From positions 11,935 to 75,934 of the forward strand of contig PCXB01000063.1 in assembly GCA_002787535.1 (NCBI GenBank): 64,000 nucleotides of DNA. The letters are read 5' to 3'. Each line of letters opens with the position of its first letter. Position 1 is the first letter of the stretch. Both the position numbers and the translations under genes were made by a program. Below the pieces are notes generated by a model that was given only the letters and a program-made list of their open reading frames with translations, was not told where the DNA came from and searched no databases. Positions 38,632-48,641 of this stretch are shown here, piece by piece. This DNA is from Deltaproteobacteria bacterium CG11_big_fil_rev_8_21_14_0_20_45_16. Lineage in GTDB: Bacteria > Bdellovibrionota > UBA2394.

Positions 38632-40104
38632 TCAAGGAACTCGAAAAGCAATAAACAGAGACATATTTTGCCCTGGAGCCCGGCGAACAAGGCTTAACAG
38701 GATTGAATCTCCGGATTTTAATTTCTTGAGAATCTCCGAATACTCCTTTTTCGATTTAATATCATATTTTTTCGAAAGGTAGGTTATTTGTAGAATTCGA
38801 TCTCCGGGAATAACCCCACTTCCCATGGCAGGGGATTTTGGATCGATGCCTTGAACTTCTACACCGCCTTCGTTGGAATCGGAAACAGCCAGTCCTAAGC
38901 GATCCATCTCTTGTTCCGCTTCTCGAGGAGCCTCTTCCTTGGACTCATCAAGAGTCCCCAGTTTGACAGATAAATTAAACGTCTTTCCATCCCGAAAAAC
39001 TTCAAGATTGACGCTCTTGGAGGGTTCCGTCTTTCCGATAATTCTTTGGAGGCCCTTCGAGTCTACGGTTGCCTGTCCATTGACTTGCAGAATCACATCT
39101 CCAGGCTTCAAAGCACTCTTGGCCGCCGGTCCTTTTTCAGCAATCTGATTCACTAAAACACCACTCCGATTGCCCAATCCTAAGGCGCTTTTCATTTCAT
39201 CCGACACATCCTGAATCATAACTCCCAAATATCCCCGCTGAACGCTTCCGCCCTCCTTAAGTTGCGGAATGATTTCTTTGGCAAGGTTGATAGGAATCGC
39301 AAAACCGATCCCGCTACCTTGAGCGGTTATGGCTGTATTGATGCCGATCACCTCGCCCTTCAAGTTAACCAATGGGCCGCCCGAATTCCCGAAGTTAATA
39401 GCAGCATCCGTTTGGATGAAATCATCAAATCGACGATTCTCGTTTGGCGAGATCTCTCGCCCTTTAGCTGAAACAATGCCAATCGAAACTGAGTGATCAA
39501 GGCCAAAGGGATTTCCCATTGCCAAAACCCAATCGCCCTTTTTCATAAGGTCGCTATTACCAAGAAAAGCGTAGGCCAACTTTGTTTTGGCTTTAATTTT
39601 CAAGAGCGCAATGTCGGTTCGAGCGTCTCGCCCTACAAGTGTGGCGTCGTAAACCTCTTGGGGGCCATCTTGGTTTGGATCCGTAGCATTTCCAAAGGTA
39701 AGGCTAACTTCGATTTTGTCCGCACCATCAACGACATGATTGTTCGTTACGATAAATCCGTCGTCCGAAATGATAAATCCCGAACCCATCGACCGCCGCG
39801 GTCGTTGCGGCGCCTGCTGTCCTGGACCAAAAAATTTTTCAAAAAAATCTTCAGGACTGGAAAAAGGATCCATCGGACCTTGTGGCACCTGCGGCGGGCC
39901 ATCTTCCTTTCTATCTTTTGTGATGGACGAAGAAATGTTTACTACCGTGGCATCCAGTTCCTCGATAATAGGCTGAATACTCGGCAATTGAACAAGTTGG
40001 CTTGCTTGAGCGCTTTTTTCAGCCCAAATTTGGTCTTTGGCGCAGGTCCGTTGCGGCTGAAGCAAAAATGAGGAAAGTACGAATAAGCCAATAACGAAAT
40101 TCAT
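38632..40104 (-). CDS. Periplasmic serine endoprotease DegP/HtrA (two PDZ domains)
   Basis: Catalytic triad motifs TNNHVV, DIALLK and GNSGGPLVN, and two PDZ-like segments. The start was set at the internal Met that precedes a signal-like segment. Confidence 0.85.
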   Translation of the reverse strand: MNFVIGLFVLSSFLLQPQRTCAKDQIWAEKSAQASQLVQLPSIQPIIEELDATVVNISSSITKDRKEDGPPQVPQGPMDPFSSPEDFFEKFFGPGQQAPQRPRRSMGSGFIISDDGFIVTNNHVVDGADKIEVSLTFGNATDPNQDGPQEVYDATLVGRDARTDIALLKIKAKTKLAYAFLGNSDLMKKGDWVLAMGNPFGLDHSVSIGIVSAKGREISPNENRRFDDFIQTDAAINFGNSGGPLVNLKGEVIGINTAITAQGSGIGFAIPINLAKEIIPQLKEGGSVQRGYLGVMIQDVSDEMKSALGLGNRSGVLVNQIAEKGPAAKSALKPGDVILQVNGQATVDSKGLQRIIGKTEPSKSVNLEVFRDGKTFNLSVKLGTLDESKEEAPREAEQEMDRLGLAVSDSNEGGVEVQGIDPKSPAMGSGVIPGDRILQITYLSKKYDIKSKKEYSEILKKLKSGDSILLSLVRRAPGQNMSLFIAFRVP

Positions 40105-40148
40105 TTCATTTATTTTTTTCACAATAATGTATTCTCCGAGCCTAGGAT

Positions 40149-40415
40149 TCATTGTTTTTGCTTCTCGACATAACGAAGTCGTGTTTCGTAGAGAACGTCT
40201 TGAATGAGTTTATCTTCCCGTTCCGACAGATTAGATTTTGTCTTCTGAACCAGTAGCTCGAGAATATCGATATTTTGTTTGGCCGCCTCTAAATTACTTT
40301 CTTTTTTTTTGGAAACGGGATTTTCGATTTCGCCGAGAGCCACAAAGGTTGCCGTAGCCAAGGATAAAACAAAGGTTTCAAAATTAATGCTGTTAGTTTC
40401 CGACTTTTGGTCCAT
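40149..40415 (-). CDS. DUF1844 family protein
   Basis: NFETFVLSLATATFVALGE...NLEAAKQNIDILELL pattern typical of DUF1844. It is translationally coupled to its neighbours. Confidence 0.55.
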   Translation of the reverse strand: MDQKSETNSINFETFVLSLATATFVALGEIENPVSKKKESNLEAAKQNIDILELLVQKTKSNLSEREDKLIQDVLYETRLRYVEKQKQ

Positions 40416-41898
40416 CGCCCGGGCCTCCAGAATTTGATTCTTGTTTCTTCAAAATCGTATTCACATCTACCTTATTGGCGGCTGGAACGGCATCAGTCTT
40501 TCTTACGAGCCTTTGAAAAGCAAACTTTTTCTCGTCAAACGCGGAGGCATCCAATTTGTAGCGAAGGTCAAAACCCCCAAAGCTTATCCATAACGTTTGC
40601 TTTTTCTTGTCTATTGACCATGCCACGATTTGCCCATCTTTAAGTTTTAGGCTGATTTGAAAAAGTAGTTGGGTGAATCCTGGGGCAGGTTCAGATTTCT
40701 CAAATGCCAAGCCACGAATTCGCTTAAGGCTATCCAAAATATTTTTGATCTCATCTTGATTGGGATCCGAAATGCTTTGCTTTTCACTCTTGGCCAACCA
40801 GCCGTCTCCTGTTCGGCTAAGGTTCCAGCCGAATAAATGATCGGTTGCCAAAAGCGCAAGTCCTTCCACTTTTTCAATATCAAAGTTCTCAAAAGATTTT
40901 TGAATATAAGCTTCCGGGCCTTTTTCAAAATTCTCGTAGTGAAAGCGAGGTATTCTAGCGGCAGCTGTTTTGTCAGATTTAGCAAAGTACTCGTAAGAAT
41001 CATCATTCCTATTTTTGGAGCCAAGCTTTTTAGATCGAGCGAACTGAATCTCAAGGCCTTGAGGCCTCTTGTCACCAACGCCACTTCGTAGATCTTTCGC
41101 GCCCTCCTTAAAACCAACAATTAATTGAATGCTTGGCTTGGAAAAAGCGGGAGGAGTCTTGGCGAGAAATTCATTGGCTCGAATCATAGGAATTTTGCTT
41201 ATTTGGTTATTCGTAAAAGATTGATCAAGAGGGAGTTGCCATGGTTGTTTCATTACCCAATCACCTTTTTCATTCCGCTCTAATCGCATCTTTTTCCCAG
41301 ATTGGATAACACTCAGGTCGGCGTAATCATGCGCCTCGACTGTTGTTAACCTCATTTCACGATAGTCTTTGGGCTCAGCTGATTTAAGGATGTCGAGGCT
41401 TTCAGGGGAGAGAATGATGCGCTTGTTCTTCTTGTCATCGATATAGGTAAGCGAGCCGCCAGGATTCTTTCGGCCAATACGTATCATTCGAGGCTCAGCT
41501 GACGCACCCAACTGAAGGCCAATCTCTAAAGCAAGCTTGCCAAGTCCAAAATCATCTAAACGTGCTTCAGCTTCGGGATAACTTGCTGCTTCATAAAGTA
41601 TTTTATCTGCCTTGATTCGAAGCAGCGCGCTAATAAGTGTTTCTACTTTCGTCGAAGAGGCGATGTCCTCATGGGGGCCAAGGAGTTTCCATGTATTACC
41701 GCCCTTTTCAAGAATAAAACTGCCCTTTTCATTCTTAATTTCTATCTGTGCAAGCTGAGAGAGATCATCTTTGATTAGTTGCTTGTCATAATCGTCGGTT
41801 GCTTGCTTTTCTTCTGCAGGTTTTTGAATGCCCCAATAAATATAAGCTCCCATGCCAATAAGAAGAACCAAAAGGAAAATTAGCTGTTTCAACTTCAT
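40393..41898 (-). CDS. DUF4340-like membrane-anchored protein, a usual GldG partner
   Basis: N-terminal TM anchor and a position immediately downstream of the GldG-like gene with a 4-nt overlap. Confidence 0.5.
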   Translation of the reverse strand: MKLKQLIFLLVLLIGMGAYIYWGIQKPAEEKQATDDYDKQLIKDDLSQLAQIEIKNEKGSFILEKGGNTWKLLGPHEDIASSTKVETLISALLRIKADKILYEAASYPEAEARLDDFGLGKLALEIGLQLGASAEPRMIRIGRKNPGGSLTYIDDKKNKRIILSPESLDILKSAEPKDYREMRLTTVEAHDYADLSVIQSGKKMRLERNEKGDWVMKQPWQLPLDQSFTNNQISKIPMIRANEFLAKTPPAFSKPSIQLIVGFKEGAKDLRSGVGDKRPQGLEIQFARSKKLGSKNRNDDSYEYFAKSDKTAAARIPRFHYENFEKGPEAYIQKSFENFDIEKVEGLALLATDHLFGWNLSRTGDGWLAKSEKQSISDPNQDEIKNILDSLKRIRGLAFEKSEPAPGFTQLLFQISLKLKDGQIVAWSIDKKKQTLWISFGGFDLRYKLDASAFDEKKFAFQRLVRKTDAVPAANKVDVNTILKKQESNSGGPGDGPKVGN

Positions 41899-43469
41899 CG
41901 ACGTGATCTCCTAAGACTCCATATGGCCAGTCCAAAGAGAATGATCAACTGAGGGAGGACAAAAATACTTGCAAAATAAACGCCCTTCTTCTGATCCACT
42001 GTGATTTCTAGAGTTGAATTGCGCCACTGCTTCGGTCGAAGACTCACGGCTTCAGGTGTTCCGAGTAGATAACCAAAAATATTTAAAAATAAATCCCGAT
42101 TGAATTGACTCTGAATTAATCCATTTAGAGCAAAGTCCGCATCTCCAAAAACCACCAAAGATGAATTGCCTTCAGGCGAATTGGTTTCTGCGATCTGCGC
42201 AATAGGATGAGGGCCATTGAGACCAGACTTGGGTTTGGAATCGGGCGTCTGTTTTAAGAGCTCGGCGATATTACTTTCCGTATTTGTCTGTTCGCCAGTC
42301 GAAACAAGAGTCTCGCGACGAACTTTTGAGTCTTTAAAGTTTTTGGATTGAAGTACGGGTTGGGCTACTGAAAACTGAGTAAGGTTTCCGCCGAGGTCTT
42401 TGACAATAGCCTGATCCGAATAGGTCATCCCAATTACGGTTGCCGTGCGGACAGACTTCGATTGGAAATTTAGGACTTGAACTAAAATACTTTGGCCCAA
42501 TTCAAGCCCGTATCTTCCCAGGAGACCTGTATAGCTACTCGGAACTAAGCGATCTTTTGAATTTGCAATCATAGGATCTAGACCCATTACTAACTTGCCG
42601 CCTTTTTTGAGGTAGTTTTCTAAAAGCTTAACAACAGCCTCCGGAGCTGGGTTTTTGGCGCCCCATTCCACAATGACACCAGCATCGTCAGGAATTTTGA
42701 GTGCGGTTGCGAGCTGAAGGGGCCGGACTTGAAAGCCTTCCCGTTCTAACAAAAGCTTGGCAATGAACAAACCACTTTGACTTTTGTCGTCCTCAAGGTC
42801 TGGCTCACCCAAGCCTTGTAAAAAATAAATGGCCTTGGTCGGCGCGCTGAGGCAGCGACGTATGGCCGTAGTGAATTCTTGTTCGGATATTTGACTCTTC
42901 GCCACCTTGACGGTCTTTTCTGTTTTGGGATTTAGGAACACAATCTCATCAACTTGGGCGCTATATTTTTCTAAAAGGGTCGGATCGGTATCGGGATCGA
43001 GAGCTTTAAATTTAATTTGGGAAGACTGGTAGGTGTATTTTTCGACTAGATTTCGAAGGAGCGCTTTGGCGCGAGGGTCGATGACAAAGCTAAGAATTTC
43101 TACTGGCTCTTTAAGTTCTTTGACAATTTTGACCGAGTCATCTGTAAGAGAATGAAGCTTGTTAGTGGTAAGATCGAGTTTCTTTTCACCTAACTTGGAA
43201 TTGGCGATTACATTTACGCCAATCAGAATCAATAAGATGATTAGGGCCCCGAATCCACCTACTATGCTATCACGCTTTCGCCAGATGTTTTTAGTTGCTT
43301 CACCAAAGAATTTAAAAAGATAGATGCCCAATGAAAGGAGCCCGAGGGCTATTTCGATATAGGCGGCCGGAGCGAGAAAAGTATCATGGAAGAAAATAGC
43401 AGCAATGCCGCCAAAGAATAAAAGAATAATCCCAAGAGTTCCTAATAATCTTGTCCAGGTTCCAGTCAT
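41895..43469 (-). CDS. GldG-like ABC-transporter auxiliary component
   Basis: N- and C-terminal TM segments flank a large periplasmic domain. Its operon position after the ABC-2 permease and ATPase matches gldA-gldF-gldG order. Confidence 0.6.
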   Translation of the reverse strand: MTGTWTRLLGTLGIILLFFGGIAAIFFHDTFLAPAAYIEIALGLLSLGIYLFKFFGEATKNIWRKRDSIVGGFGALIILLILIGVNVIANSKLGEKKLDLTTNKLHSLTDDSVKIVKELKEPVEILSFVIDPRAKALLRNLVEKYTYQSSQIKFKALDPDTDPTLLEKYSAQVDEIVFLNPKTEKTVKVAKSQISEQEFTTAIRRCLSAPTKAIYFLQGLGEPDLEDDKSQSGLFIAKLLLEREGFQVRPLQLATALKIPDDAGVIVEWGAKNPAPEAVVKLLENYLKKGGKLVMGLDPMIANSKDRLVPSSYTGLLGRYGLELGQSILVQVLNFQSKSVRTATVIGMTYSDQAIVKDLGGNLTQFSVAQPVLQSKNFKDSKVRRETLVSTGEQTNTESNIAELLKQTPDSKPKSGLNGPHPIAQIAETNSPEGNSSLVVFGDADFALNGLIQSQFNRDLFLNIFGYLLGTPEAVSLRPKQWRNSTLEITVDQKKGVYFASIFVLPQLIILFGLAIWSLRRSRR

Positions 43470-43472
43470 ACA

Positions 43473-44270
43473 TTAGCTCCTTGAAAATGAACGAACAGCG
43501 ATTTGGCCCATCGACAGAAACAGCGCGATAAGGCTTAAGAAATAAACGGTTGATGAAATATAGATGACGCCTTGATTGAAGTTCTCAAAATGCGAGGTGA
43601 TGGCAGCTTTATTCAAAAATAAAGACAAGTTTTCAAAGGCGTTTTCGGCACCCCAAGAAATCATTAGTAAGCCGAGGTTTATAGCCATGGCCACAATCAC
43701 CGCAATAATTTGATATTTCGTAATTGAGCTTGCAAAGAGGCCTATGGCCAAAAAGCTCATACCTGCCAGAAAAAGTCCGAGATAGCTTGCTACCACGGGT
43801 CCAATTTCTGGATTTCCAAAACCAAACATCACGGCCAAGAAAATGGAGTGAGTGGCCAAGACTACCAGCAAGAACAGACTTGCCGCCACAAATTTACCGA
43901 GGACGATCTCTGTGACGGAAATCGGGGAAGTCATCAACAATTCGTAGGTCGAGTTGATACGTTCTTCTGTAAAAAGTCGCATGCAGAAAAAAGGCGCACA
44001 AAACAGAAGAAGCATGAAGGTAAAGGATGTCACGTTGTTAATAAGAAAACTGTTAAGATTAATATAATTGAGCATATCCGGATTCTGCATCATCCGGGCT
44101 TGAAGTTGAGCATCTCTCAAGAGAGCATCAAAACGTTGCATGGAAAACGTGAAATAGTAGCCCGTGCCAAAGGCAAAAAGCCCAAGAACAACATAGGCGA
44201 CTGGTGAGACGAAGAGGCTTTTGAGTTCTCTCTTTGCAATCGTCCAAATTGAAAAAACATTTATCATCAT
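43473..44270 (-). CDS. ABC-2 family permease (GldF-like)
   Basis: Six predicted TM helices. It lies between the ATPase and the GldG-like gene. Confidence 0.7.
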   Translation of the reverse strand: MMINVFSIWTIAKRELKSLFVSPVAYVVLGLFAFGTGYYFTFSMQRFDALLRDAQLQARMMQNPDMLNYINLNSFLINNVTSFTFMLLLFCAPFFCMRLFTEERINSTYELLMTSPISVTEIVLGKFVAASLFLLVVLATHSIFLAVMFGFGNPEIGPVVASYLGLFLAGMSFLAIGLFASSITKYQIIAVIVAMAINLGLLMISWGAENAFENLSLFLNKAAITSHFENFNQGVIYISSTVYFLSLIALFLSMGQIAVRSFSRS

Positions 44271-44281
44271 GGTCTCCTTGA

Positions 44282-45031
44282 TTAAGCCACCGACAGGCTT
44301 TGACCGCCGGAATTAGATTCAAAACTATCTTTGGATATAACTTCTAGGAAGATCTCTTCAAGTGACTTTTTCTCACTCATATCTTTGAGGGCCTGTTCAT
44401 GAACAATATGACCTGCATTTATAATGATGGCTCGTTCGCAGGTAGCCGTAACCTCGGACAAGATATGAGTCGATAGCAAAACGGTGTGATCGCCGCGGAA
44501 GGATTGAATCAGATCACGAATCTCCATGATCTGAAGCGGGTCAAGTCCAACGGTTGGTTCATCTAATATAATGACAGAGGGTTGATGAATCACGGCTTGC
44601 GCCAGGCCGACCCGTTGGCGGAATCCTTTTGATAGAGTAGAGATCACACTCTTTCGGCGATCTTTAAGTCCACACTTTTCAAGAGCCCATCCTAGTCGAT
44701 CTTTTCGCAAGGCTTTGGAAACCTTTTTTAGTTCCAAAATAAATTTTAAAAAAGATTCCACCGTCATCTCTGGATAGAGTGGGGGCGTTTCAGGGAGGTA
44801 GCCAATCCGTTTTTTTACTTCTTCGGGCTGCCTGGTTACCGAGTAGGAATCAATTATCGCTTCCCCAGAGCTGGGCGGATAGAATCCTGCTAGGATTCTC
44901 ATCGTTGTTGTTTTCCCGGCGCCATTAGGGCCCAGGAATCCTACGATTTGCCCCTTTTCAACTTTGAAGGACAGGTTTTTTAAGGCTTGAAATAGACCAT
45001 AGGTTTTTTCGATTGAGATAGCTTCGATCAT
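44282..45031 (-). CDS. ABC transporter ATP-binding protein (GldA-like)
   Basis: Walker A GPNGAGKTT, signature LSKGFRQR, Walker B ILDEP. Confidence 0.85.
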   Translation of the reverse strand: MIEAISIEKTYGLFQALKNLSFKVEKGQIVGFLGPNGAGKTTTMRILAGFYPPSSGEAIIDSYSVTRQPEEVKKRIGYLPETPPLYPEMTVESFLKFILELKKVSKALRKDRLGWALEKCGLKDRRKSVISTLSKGFRQRVGLAQAVIHQPSVIILDEPTVGLDPLQIMEIRDLIQSFRGDHTVLLSTHILSEVTATCERAIIINAGHIVHEQALKDMSEKKSLEEIFLEVISKDSFESNSGGQSLSVA

Positions 45032-45097
45032 GGAAAGAGAATAGAGAAAAGTCTAAAGCTTTGTAAATATTCTTAAATCGACATCTTGAGTCTGGTC

Positions 45098-46432
45098 CTA
45101 GGAGGGGCGCCTATAAACCTTAAGATCAAGAGCCTTTTCTTCGAGCAAAGATGGGGGTACGCCCAGTTTTTGGCTAGCTTTAAGGATATCTCCATTGGAA
45201 CTTTGAAGTGCCTCAACAATCGCCACTTTTTCGAGTTGAGCCAGGCGCTCTTGTAGATAATCGCGGTTTTGAGCCCAAGTGTTCTGTGGCAGTTTCGGAC
45301 CCGAATACAAGAGATGGGGGGGCAGATATTCCCTTCGGATGACTGGGCCGTCCGCAACATTGACCGCAAATTCTATACAATTTTCGAGCTCTCGAATATT
45401 GCCAGGCCAAGGGTACTGGATGAGTTGAAACACAGCTTCATCATCCAAATGCGAAATAGTTTTTGAAAACTTCTTAGCAAACACCTTGATAAAGTGATCG
45501 ACAAGCGGCTCGATATCCTGAGTGCGTTCCCGCAGAGGTGGCAGATAGATCGGCACCACATTTAAGCAATAAAATAGATCCTTACGAAATTGACCGTTTT
45601 CGATCTTCTGCAAAAGATTAAAATCGGAAGCTGCAATAATTCTAAACTCAATACTTCGTTTTTCGGATTCTATGACATATTGACCAGAGGTCAGGGTTTC
45701 AAAAAGTTTTGCCTGAACATCAAGACCCAAAGCCCCAACTTCATCTATGTAAAGGCTTCCGTTTTCGGCTAGTTCTAAGCAACCTTTCTTTGTTCCCTCA
45801 CCAAAAAGGTAGGCTTCTTGCTGAGGTATGGGGCAGGCCGAAACATAGGCTCGGACGAGGGGGGATTCACGACGGCAACTTTTGTCGTGAAGTAATCTGA
45901 CGACAACCTCTTTTCCGGTTCCGGTTTCGCCCGTAATTAACACATTGGAGTTATTGTTCGCAACGCGCTCGATAATGGAATAAACCTTTTCCATTTCCTC
46001 AGTCGTTCCAATAATTTTATCCTCTTGACGCAAAAAACTTCTCGAGCGTTGAAACTCCTTTTTCAACTCTTCTGCCGAGCCTAAAGCTCGAGTGACGGTA
46101 TTCAGGAAGTCTTCTTGATTGAAAGGTTTGGTGACATAGTCAAAAGCTCCGCGTTTCATGGCCTCTACGGCGGTGTCAATTGTCCCATGTGCCGTAATCA
46201 TAATAACGGGAATCTGTGGGTAAGATTTTCTAATTTTTTGAAGAAGCTTCAAACCATCCATTTTGGGCATTTTAAGATCTGTAATGATGGTATCGGGTAT
46301 CTCTGTCTTTAGAATCTCAACAGCCTGTGAGCCATCAGGGGCTTCAATGGTTTCATGGCCTAAGCGTCGCAGTTGAATGCCGATAATTTTTCGAACACTG
46401 TCTTCATCGTCTACTATAAGAATCTTAGCCAT
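45098..46432 (-). CDS. Sigma-54-dependent response regulator (NtrC family)
   Basis: Receiver ILIVDDE...D, AAA+ GETGTGKE, the GAFTGA-region equivalent, and the ESELFGH-like segment ending GNIRELEN, plus a C-terminal HTH. Confidence 0.85.
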   Translation of the reverse strand: MAKILIVDDEDSVRKIIGIQLRRLGHETIEAPDGSQAVEILKTEIPDTIITDLKMPKMDGLKLLQKIRKSYPQIPVIMITAHGTIDTAVEAMKRGAFDYVTKPFNQEDFLNTVTRALGSAEELKKEFQRSRSFLRQEDKIIGTTEEMEKVYSIIERVANNNSNVLITGETGTGKEVVVRLLHDKSCRRESPLVRAYVSACPIPQQEAYLFGEGTKKGCLELAENGSLYIDEVGALGLDVQAKLFETLTSGQYVIESEKRSIEFRIIAASDFNLLQKIENGQFRKDLFYCLNVVPIYLPPLRERTQDIEPLVDHFIKVFAKKFSKTISHLDDEAVFQLIQYPWPGNIRELENCIEFAVNVADGPVIRREYLPPHLLYSGPKLPQNTWAQNRDYLQERLAQLEKVAIVEALQSSNGDILKASQKLGVPPSLLEEKALDLKVYRRPS

Positions 46433-46448
46433 ATAAACTTTCCTTATT

Positions 46449-48641
46449 CTATTGAGAGCTATCAGCCTTGCTATCGGCTGTCGATGCTTCGATAAGGGCT
46501 TCACGTTTGGTCGGAAGCTGAATTTTGAAATTTGTGCCCCGCAAAAGCTCGCTTCGGACGCTTAAATCTCCTCCCAGAGAATCTACAATTTTTTTACAAA
46601 TAGGTAGGCCGAGTCCACTGCCTGCGCGCTTTGTCGTAAATAATGGCGTAAAAATATTGGGGAGTACATCAGGTGGAATCCCTGGCCCATCGTCCTTGAT
46701 TTCAATAAGAAGCTCGGCAGCTTCGATACTCGCTTGAATCCAGACATTTTTACTAAAAGCTTCGCAAGCGTTGACGAGTAGATTGATCAAAACCTGCTCG
46801 AGTTTTAAAGGGTCCGTTAAGATCTCGAGCGACTCAGGGCTGGGCTGATAATGGAGCAGAGTTCCGGTTTTTTGAGCCTTTTGTTGCGCGGCAGAGATTG
46901 AGGCCCGAATCAAATCTGGAACGGACGTAAGAACCAGTTCATCCGACTTCCGAGCATACTGAAGGTACTGGTTGACCGTTTGCTGGAGACGGTCAAGCTC
47001 TGTCGTCAAAATCGAAACACATTCCTTGTCCTCTGAATTGGTTAGTGTGGGCGAGCTTTCTAAAAGCTGGGCGGCGCCTTGAATGGCACCCAGAGGGTTG
47101 CGAATTTCATGAGCGAGCGCGGCGGACATTTCGCCGAGTGCGGCGAGACGTTGTTGTTGGTCTTGGCGTTCAAAGTACTGAAGTTGATCTATGAGGGAAC
47201 CAAGTTCAGTAATCATTTTTTCAAGAAGTTGAACCTCGGAGTCCGAAAGGCTCGTATAGGGGTTTCGTTCCGATAAGCTCGTTCGTATTATCCAAATTCC
47301 AATTAATTCATCGTTGACGGCGATCGGAAAGATCAGATGAGCTCGCAGATCTCGTAATAGCTTTTGAGCGTCTGAACTTCCATCCTGTTCGTGAAGATAG
47401 GTGTCCAGATGATTGCGTAAATAGTAAACTAAAGCATGATCGGAAGAGAGTTGCTTGTCCGTGTTTAAGTTGCTTTCTGGAACTAGTCGGAAGACGTTTT
47501 GTTGTGGATCCAAGAGATAAAGGCCCGTGCGGTAAATGCGATCTGATTCACGACAACCCTTAAGAAGGCAGGACGTCAATTCATCAATCGAGTGGGTTCG
47601 ACGCATTTTTCGTAAAGTCGTCAAAAGAATATTTTCGAGTTCATGCCGATCCGTGATGAGGCGTCGTAAAATGAAGGCGTCCAGTTGCCGTCGAAGTGGA
47701 TCCATGATGCTTATAATAATGAAGGAGGCGAGGAAGGTGTTGAAAAGAAATAACTCGGGATCGTTTTCGCCTACCCAAACTAGAAGCGATACGAATATTA
47801 CTCCGAGAATCGTCGTTAAGGCTAAAACTCGAATGCCCCGTAACATCAGTTCTCGAATCTCACGCAATCGCTGATTCGAAATCATTTTATAAATGAAATA
47901 AATAAAGACAGCGCTGACGAGATTGCCAAGATAGGGAAGAGGAATGCGAAGCAGTCCCTCCGCTCTAAGTTGTCCAAGAAGTGAAAGCCCCAGACTGACG
48001 CTGAGGCCTAAGCCGATAAACAAGCTTCGAGTCTTGAGCCGTAGATCTTGGGCTCGCTTGTAACGGCGCCAGATTTTCCAGTTAAGGTAGGCCATGGCTG
48101 TAAATGAATACAAACCGCAGACAAATCGATAATAGAAAAGAGTGTCTTGGCCCTTTAAGAAAAAAGCTCCTAGCGCCAAGATGGCCGAATACAAATGCAT
48201 CTGGTTGGAGATAAGAAAACGTGCGTGATAAATTCTTCTCACGCACGCATGGGCCAAGGATGGGAGAAGGGCCGCCACGGCAAGATAAGCCCTCTCGCTC
48301 AAGTCTGCGGTGAGGCTTGTTGCGAAGAACTGAATGTCTCGTTGAGCATAGGCGGAGAGAAAGAATATATTCCATAAAGAATAGGCTAGCGAAAAATTGC
48401 CGCACCAAAACGATGCGGCTGAACGCATTCGAATGGAATTTTGGTAGGCCAAAATAGCAATCCACAGACCGGCAACAAAGCTAACCAAGCAGGCAGCAAC
48501 AATGGCGATCGAGTTTTCGGATGAAACACGATAGTAATCGGGGTTCAGAAATTCGAGCGAGGAAAACATTGATCTTCCTATTTCAATAGATTTGTATTCG
48601 AGGAGCAATGTGGAATTTGGGTTATGGAAGGGGCTAGTCAT
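46449..48641 (-). CDS. Sensor histidine kinase with multi-pass membrane N-terminal domain
   Basis: HisKA H-box LAHEIRNPL and HATPase N, G1 and G2 boxes (DDGPGIP, GSGLGL). It sits 17 nt upstream of the NtrC-type regulator. Confidence 0.8.
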   Translation of the reverse strand: MTSPFHNPNSTLLLEYKSIEIGRSMFSSLEFLNPDYYRVSSENSIAIVAACLVSFVAGLWIAILAYQNSIRMRSAASFWCGNFSLAYSLWNIFFLSAYAQRDIQFFATSLTADLSERAYLAVAALLPSLAHACVRRIYHARFLISNQMHLYSAILALGAFFLKGQDTLFYYRFVCGLYSFTAMAYLNWKIWRRYKRAQDLRLKTRSLFIGLGLSVSLGLSLLGQLRAEGLLRIPLPYLGNLVSAVFIYFIYKMISNQRLREIRELMLRGIRVLALTTILGVIFVSLLVWVGENDPELFLFNTFLASFIIISIMDPLRRQLDAFILRRLITDRHELENILLTTLRKMRRTHSIDELTSCLLKGCRESDRIYRTGLYLLDPQQNVFRLVPESNLNTDKQLSSDHALVYYLRNHLDTYLHEQDGSSDAQKLLRDLRAHLIFPIAVNDELIGIWIIRTSLSERNPYTSLSDSEVQLLEKMITELGSLIDQLQYFERQDQQQRLAALGEMSAALAHEIRNPLGAIQGAAQLLESSPTLTNSEDKECVSILTTELDRLQQTVNQYLQYARKSDELVLTSVPDLIRASISAAQQKAQKTGTLLHYQPSPESLEILTDPLKLEQVLINLLVNACEAFSKNVWIQASIEAAELLIEIKDDGPGIPPDVLPNIFTPLFTTKRAGSGLGLPICKKIVDSLGGDLSVRSELLRGTNFKIQLPTKREALIEASTADSKADSSQ

